Source: Sphingopyxis sp.
GTDB taxonomy: Bacteria; Pseudomonadota; Alphaproteobacteria; Sphingomonadales; Sphingomonadaceae
DNA: 64,000 nucleotides
Direction of reading: 5' to 3'
NCBI RefSeq assembly: GCF_035565275.1
Contig: NZ_DATMST010000063.1
Coordinates: 2,537-66,536 of the forward strand
In this document: one piece after another, positions 59,017 through 64,000 of the stretch
Layout: each line of letters opens with the position of its first letter
Numbering within the stretch: the stretch's first letter is position 1
The notes under the pieces: generated by a model
What the model was told of the DNA's origin: nothing
Databases searched by the model: none
What the model saw: only the letters and a program-made list of their open reading frames with translations
Position numbers and translations under genes: made by a program

Positions 59017-59274
59017 ATGGGCAGCGACCCGCAATATCGACAGGATCGGACCGGGCGACGCTCGGATCGTCCGCAAGGCAGCGGCGGCATCGTCTTCGCG
59101 CTGGTGGCGCTGGCCCTGATCCTGGCGATCGGCTTCTTCTACCTCACCAATGAAAGCCGGGAGGATCGGCGCGCGGACGCCATTACCCAGGCGGCGGATT
59201 CGGTCGACAATGGTGCCCGGATCGTGGGTGAAGCCGCGCGCAATGCGGCGGACAAGCTGCGCAACAACAACTGA
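59017..59274 (+). CDS. Small single-TM protein with a stress-protein-like C-terminus
   Basis: GIVFALVALALILAIGFFYL TM; AADSVDNGARIVGEAARNAADKL amphipathic tail. Confidence 0.65.
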   Translation: MGSDPQYRQDRTGRRSDRPQGSGGIVFALVALALILAIGFFYLTNESREDRRADAITQAADSVDNGARIVGEAARNAADKLRNNN

Positions 59275-59309
59275 ACCTCCTTGCGATCGGGCGGGACAAG
59301 GCGATCCGG

Positions 59310-59411
59310 TGTCGCCTTGATTTACAGTCATTGGCGCCATCTTCAGATTTTCTTTGCCATTTTCAGGCAGGGTCTGAGCCCTGTCGGATTTCCTTACAGC
59401 TTGTTGTAAGG
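59310..59411 (+). promoter_or_regulatory. Tandem TGTCG(G/C)-N5-(T/C)TTACA motifs upstream of the PEP-CTERM cluster
   Basis: 59310-59326 TGTCGC-CTTGA-TTTACA; 59382-59398 TGTCGG-ATTTC-CTTACA; CCTTACA-N6-TGTAAGG at 59392-59411. Confidence 0.55.
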
Positions 59412-59479
59412 CTGGGCCGACTCCAGTTGGCGGCCCTTCCCGACCGGAGGGGCGGTGCTGCGGGAAGAAGCGCGATACG

Positions 59480-60868
59480 ATGATCAGGCTGTTCAAACAT
59501 TATGTCCCTCATGCGGTGCTGCTGCTCGGCCTGCTCGATTTTCTGCTGCTGATCGGCGCGGCGGAAGCGGGCTGGATCCTGCGCGCGCACCAGATCGGCA
59601 TGGATGTCGAGCCGATCGCGACCCGCATCGGCCCGCTGCTGAGCTTTGCCTTCGCCATCCAGACCGGCATGATCGCGGTCGGCGTCTACAGCCCCGAAGC
59701 GCTGCAATCGATCCGCTTCGCCTTTGCGCGCCTGCTCGTCGCCATCTCGCTGGGCGTCATATTCCTCTCGGTCATGTATTTCCTGTTGCCCGGCATCACC
59801 CTGTGGCGCTCCAATTCGCTCTACGCGATGGGGCTGGCGATGGGGCTGCTGCTGCTGGCCCGCATGCTGCTGGGGTCGCTGCTCGGCGGCGAGGCGTTCA
59901 AGCGCCGCCTTGTCGTGCTGGGTGCCGGCCGGCGCGCCAACCGCATCCGCGACCTGGAACAGAAGCGCGGCGCCGGTTTCTTGGTGGTCGGCTATATCGC
60001 CATGAATGATGGCGACCAGGTGGTGGAGGAGGCGATCAACCGCACCGCCATCTACAACATGTCCGATTATGTGGTGCGTCTGAATGCCAGCGAGGTCGTG
60101 CTGGCGCTGGAGGAACGGCGCAACGCCATCCCCATGTCCGACCTGCTGCGGATCAAGACCACCGGCGTCCATGTCAACGATCTCTCCACCTTCCTGGAGC
60201 GCGAGACCGGGCGCGTCGATCTCGACAGCGTCAATCCCAGCTGGCTGATCTTTTCCGACGGTTTTTCCGCCGGTCGTCGCCTGTCCAGCATCGCCAAGCG
60301 CATCTTCGACATCATCGCCAGTTCGATCCTGCTGCTGCTGACCGGCCCGATCATCCTGTTCGCCGCCTTGCTGGTGAAGCTCGACAGCCGTGGCCCGGCT
60401 TTCTACCGGCAGCAGCGCGTTGGCCTCTATGGCCAGGAATTCTGGATCGTGAAGCTGCGCACCATGCGCCAGGATGCGGAGGTCAAGGGCCAGGCAGTCT
60501 GGGCGGAGAAGGATGATCCGCGGATCACGCGCCTGGGCTATTGGCTGCGCAAGCTGCGCATCGACGAACTGCCGCAGAGCTGGACCGTGCTGAAGGGCGA
60601 GATGAGTTTCGTCGGTCCGCGCCCGGAACGGCGCCAGTTCGTCGAGGATCTGGAACAGCATCTGCGCTATTATGCCGAACGGCATATGGTGAAGCCGGGC
60701 ATCACCGGCTGGGCGCAGATCAACTATCCCTATGGCGCGTCGATCGAGGATGCCCGCCACAAGCTGGAATATGATCTTTATTATGCCAAGAATTACACGC
60801 CCTTCCTGGACCTGCTGATCCTGATCCAGACGGTGCGGGTGATCCTCTGGCCCGACGGCGCGCGCTGA
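59480..60868 (+). CDS. PEP-CTERM system-associated sugar transferase (priming glycosyltransferase type)
   Basis: MIRLFKHY start, TM bundle, KRIFDIIAS, KLRTMRQDAE, RIDELPQ, GEMSFVGPRPER, PGITGWAQIN. Confidence 0.92.
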   Translation: MIRLFKHYVPHAVLLLGLLDFLLLIGAAEAGWILRAHQIGMDVEPIATRIGPLLSFAFAIQTGMIAVGVYSPEALQSIRFAFARLLVAISLGVIFLSVMYFLLPGITLWRSNSLYAMGLAMGLLLLARMLLGSLLGGEAFKRRLVVLGAGRRANRIRDLEQKRGAGFLVVGYIAMNDGDQVVEEAINRTAIYNMSDYVVRLNASEVVLALEERRNAIPMSDLLRIKTTGVHVNDLSTFLERETGRVDLDSVNPSWLIFSDGFSAGRRLSSIAKRIFDIIASSILLLLTGPIILFAALLVKLDSRGPAFYRQQRVGLYGQEFWIVKLRTMRQDAEVKGQAVWAEKDDPRITRLGYWLRKLRIDELPQSWTVLKGEMSFVGPRPERRQFVEDLEQHLRYYAERHMVKPGITGWAQINYPYGASIEDARHKLEYDLYYAKNYTPFLDLLILIQTVRVILWPDGAR

Positions 60869-60878
60869 GCGGCAGGCC

Positions 60879-62960
60879 ATGAGCGCGCTGCTGCAATTCA
60901 TCGGCGACTGGGGCCACGCACTGGCCGCGGTCCTGTTCGCCGCGCTTGGCATCTTCATCCTGCGGCGCCGGGACGACGCGGCCGAGCCGCGCATGCTCGC
61001 CAGCGCGCTGCTGCTGACCTCCTGCTGGGCGCTCTATGTCTCGTTCGGTGGCGTCGACAAGCCGCTGTCGGGCATCGGGGAAAGCGTCCGCAACGCCGCC
61101 TGGCTGATGCTGCTGTTCGTCATGCTGCGGCGCGGCCCGGCCTCGCGCGGCGGCGCGCTGGTCGCCGTCGGCCTCGTCTATCTCGCCGTCGCCGGCCTCA
61201 TCTTCCTCCAGACCTCGACCGATCTCACCTGGCGGCAATTGCCGGTCCGCAGCGATCTGCACCAGATGCTGGTGGCGGTGTCGCTGGTGCTGCGGATGAT
61301 GACCGCGATCGGCTGCCTGCTGCTGGTCCATCATCTCTATACCGCCTGGCCTTCGCGCGATCGCGGGCGGGTGTCGCTGTTGCTCGGCGCGCTGGCGGCG
61401 ATGTGGACCTATGACCTCAATCTCTATGTCATCGGCTATTTCGCGATGGACCGGGTCAACGAGCTATACGCGCTGCGCGGGCCGCTGATGGCGCTGCTGG
61501 CGCCGGTCATCGCCATCGGCATGCGCAAGGAAATGGCCGGCCGCCTGCAATTGTCGCGCACCATTGCCTTCCAGTCGCTCTCGCTGGTCGCCGTCGGCCT
61601 CTATGTCGTGGTGCTGACCGCGGCGGCGGTGCTGATCGAGATGATCGCCGGCCCCTATGCGCGGGTGGTGGAGATTGGCGCGGTCTTCTTCGTCGCGGTG
61701 ACCGCGCTCGTCCTGCTGCCCTCGCCACAGATGCGCGCGCTGTGGAAGGTGCAGGTCGCCAAGCATTTCTTCCAGCATCGCTACGACTATCGCACCGAAT
61801 GGATGCGCTTTGGCGAAACCATCGGCCGGCCGGGCGAAAATGCCCCGCCGCTGGGCGAGCGGGTGGCCAAGGCGGTCGCCGACATCACCGATTCCCCCGC
61901 TGCCTTGCTGCTGCTGCGCACCGACGATGGCCGGCTCGCGTTCGAGGCGCAATGGAACTGGCCGCAGGAGCCGATTGCCGGCCTGTCCCTGCCGCTCGAT
62001 CAGTTGGAAAGCTGGGAAGGGAGCGGCTGGATCGTCGATGTCGGTCGCATCCGCGATGGCGACGCCACCTTCGACCTGCCGCCTTGGCTGATCGAGGATG
62101 CCCATGTCTGGGCGCTGGTGCCGCTGCTCCATTATGGCCGGCTGATCGGCGCGATCCTGCTCGCGCCGCCGCCGATCGACCGCCGCCTCGACTGGGAGGA
62201 TTTCGACATGCTGCGCGCCGCCGGGCGCCAGGCGGCGACCCATATCAGCGAGGCGCAGGGGCAGCAGGCGCTCGACGACGCCCAGCGCTTCGACGAGTTC
62301 AACCGCCGATTCGCCTTCATCGCGCATGACATCAAGAATCTGGTCAGCCAATTGTCCCTGCTCTCGCGCAATGCGGAGCGGCACGCCGACAATCCCGATT
62401 TCCGCGCCGACATGCTGCTGACGCTCAAGGAATCGGTGGGCAAGATGAACGACATGCTCGCCCGCCTGTCGCAGCATAACAAGGGCCGGCCCGAAGAGCC
62501 GCGCCCGGTGGCGCTGGGCCCGCTGGTCGATCAGGTTGTGCGCAGCCGCGCCCGCCAGCGCGCCATCACCGTCAGCGGTGACGTGCCGGTCGCGCTCGCC
62601 GATCCGGCGCGGGTCGAGCAGATATTGGTCCATCTGCTGCAGAATGCGATCGACGCCAGCGATGCCGATCGCCCGGTCGAACTGCATCTGGGCAGTGCGC
62701 ATGGCCAGGTGACATTGGCTGTGGTCGATCAGGGCTGCGGCATGACCGCCGAATTCATCCGCCGCGATCTGTTCAAGCCCTTTTCGTCCAGCAAGGCCGG
62801 CGGCTTTGGCCTCGGCGCCTTCGAGGCGCGCAGCCTGGCCGAGGCGATGGGCGGGCGGATCGACGTGGAAAGCAAACCCGGCGTGGGGAGCCGTTTCACC
62901 CTGCGCCTGCCGCTGGCGCCCGCGCCGGCGTGCGATGATGTTCAAGGAAAGGCCGCCTGA
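60879..62960 (+). CDS. prsK: PEP-CTERM system histidine kinase PrsK
   Basis: Multi-TM N-terminus, KHFFQHRYDYRTEW, FAFIAHDIKNLVSQLSLL, DQGCGM, GFGLGAFEAR. Confidence 0.9.
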   Translation: MSALLQFIGDWGHALAAVLFAALGIFILRRRDDAAEPRMLASALLLTSCWALYVSFGGVDKPLSGIGESVRNAAWLMLLFVMLRRGPASRGGALVAVGLVYLAVAGLIFLQTSTDLTWRQLPVRSDLHQMLVAVSLVLRMMTAIGCLLLVHHLYTAWPSRDRGRVSLLLGALAAMWTYDLNLYVIGYFAMDRVNELYALRGPLMALLAPVIAIGMRKEMAGRLQLSRTIAFQSLSLVAVGLYVVVLTAAAVLIEMIAGPYARVVEIGAVFFVAVTALVLLPSPQMRALWKVQVAKHFFQHRYDYRTEWMRFGETIGRPGENAPPLGERVAKAVADITDSPAALLLLRTDDGRLAFEAQWNWPQEPIAGLSLPLDQLESWEGSGWIVDVGRIRDGDATFDLPPWLIEDAHVWALVPLLHYGRLIGAILLAPPPIDRRLDWEDFDMLRAAGRQAATHISEAQGQQALDDAQRFDEFNRRFAFIAHDIKNLVSQLSLLSRNAERHADNPDFRADMLLTLKESVGKMNDMLARLSQHNKGRPEEPRPVALGPLVDQVVRSRARQRAITVSGDVPVALADPARVEQILVHLLQNAIDASDADRPVELHLGSAHGQVTLAVVDQGCGMTAEFIRRDLFKPFSSSKAGGFGLGAFEARSLAEAMGGRIDVESKPGVGSRFTLRLPLAPAPACDDVQGKAA

Positions 62961-64000
62961 TGAGCGACACCCGCCCCAAATTGCTGATCGTCGAGGATGA
63001 TCCCGGCCTGCAGCGGCAATTGCGCTGGGCCTATGAGGATTATCAGCTCTTCATCGCCGGCGATCGGCTCGAAGCGATCGAGATGCTGCGGATGGAGGCG
63101 CCCGATGTGGTGACGCTCGACCTTGGCCTGCCGCCGGACCCGGACGGCACCAGCGAGGGCTTTGCCACGCTGGAGGAGATATTGCGCATCAAGCCCGATA
63201 CCAAGGTGATCGTGGCGTCGGGCCATGGCGCACGGGAAAGCGCGCTCAATGCCATTTCCGGCGGTGCCTATGATTTCTACCAGAAGCCGGTCGACATTGA
63301 CGAACTGGGCCTGATCGTGCGCCGCGCCTTCCATGTCCACGCGCTCGAACAGGAAAATGCGCGCCTCGCCGAAGCCGCGCCGGAGGGCGGGAGGGTGCTC
63401 GGCCGGATGATCACCGGCGCGCCGGAGATGATGCGGGTCGCCCGCACGATCGAGCGGGTCGCCAGCGCCGATGTCTCGGTCATGCTGCTGGGCGCCAGCG
63501 GCACCGGCAAGGAATTGCTGGCGCAGGGGCTGCATGATGCCAGCCCGCGTCGCGGCGGTGCCTTCGTCGCGATCAATTGCGCGGCCATCCCCGAAACCCT
63601 GCTGGAATCAGAACTGTTCGGGCATGAAAAGGGCGCCTTCACCGGTGCGGTCAAGACCACCCCCGGCAAGATCGAGCAGGCGCAGGGCGGCACCCTGTTC
63701 CTGGACGAGGTCGGCGACATTCCGCTGCCCCTGCAGGTAAAGCTGCTGCGCTTCCTGCAGGAAAGGGTGATCGAACGGATCGGCGGGCGCCAGCCGATCG
63801 CGGTCGACACCCGTATCGTGTGCGCCACCCATCAGGATCTCGACGCGATGATCGCCGCCGCCAGCTTCCGCGAGGATCTCTATTATCGCCTGGCCGAGAT
63901 CGTCATCCGCATCCCCGCGCTGCGCGACCGGCCGGGCGATCCGGCGCTGCTCGCGCGCCATTTCCTCACCCGCTTCGCGCAGGACATGAACCCGCAGGTC
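62960..64000 (+). CDS. prsR: PEP-CTERM-box sigma54 response regulator PrsR (runs off the window)
   Basis: ATGA overlap with prsK; LLIVEDDPGLQRQLRW, LDLGLPPDPDG, GASGTGKE, INCAAIPE, GAFTGA, LFLDE. Confidence 0.92.
   Translation, partial: MSDTRPKLLIVEDDPGLQRQLRWAYEDYQLFIAGDRLEAIEMLRMEAPDVVTLDLGLPPDPDGTSEGFATLEEILRIKPDTKVIVASGHGARESALNAISGGAYDFYQKPVDIDELGLIVRRAFHVHALEQENARLAEAAPEGGRVLGRMITGAPEMMRVARTIERVASADVSVMLLGASGTGKELLAQGLHDASPRRGGAFVAINCAAIPETLLESELFGHEKGAFTGAVKTTPGKIEQAQGGTLFLDEVGDIPLPLQVKLLRFLQERVIERIGGRQPIAVDTRIVCATHQDLDAMIAAASFREDLYYRLAEIVIRIPALRDRPGDPALLARHFLTRFAQDMNPQV

Noticed and set aside
59327-59479. Sigma54 -24/-12 promoter for the PEP-CTERM operon
   Set aside because: TGGC occurs but never with TTGC at the correct spacing on either strand

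Overview
64 kb of a GC-rich alphaproteobacterial chromosome; gene content and repeat types point to Sphingomonadales, probably Sphingopyxis (inference). Most of the window is core housekeeping DNA: rbfA, tdk, truB, rpsO, pnp, obgE, class II DAHP synthase, panB, yfgM-bamB-der, purL, xseB-ispA-coaD-ppi-queA, tgt, a general-stress locus (phyP-nepR / phyR-ecfG) and the start of a PEP-CTERM cluster (sugar transferase-prsK-prsR). A block of about 15 kb of accessory DNA separates queA from tgt. It holds (i) a tiny secreted single-YD-repeat protein followed by a signal-peptide-bearing, Cys-rich RHS protein with a glycine-zipper C-terminal domain and a short AT-rich 2-TM immunity candidate, (ii) a 20-codon stub of a RAYT/IS200-like transposase behind a hairpin, (iii) a TipA-like MerR regulator, (iv) a six-gene non-classical chaperone-usher fimbrial cluster bracketed by two paralogous PilZ-XRE fusion regulators, and (v) a hemerythrin gene with a perfect EcfG-type promoter. 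Other highlights: a palindromic repeat inserted in frame inside truB, three families of intergenic palindromic repeats, a near-identical 22-bp operator shared by two loci 18 kb apart, and short genes missed by the ORF track. No rRNA, tRNA or CRISPR array was recognised. All calls come from reading the sequence and recalled family motifs; no searches were run.
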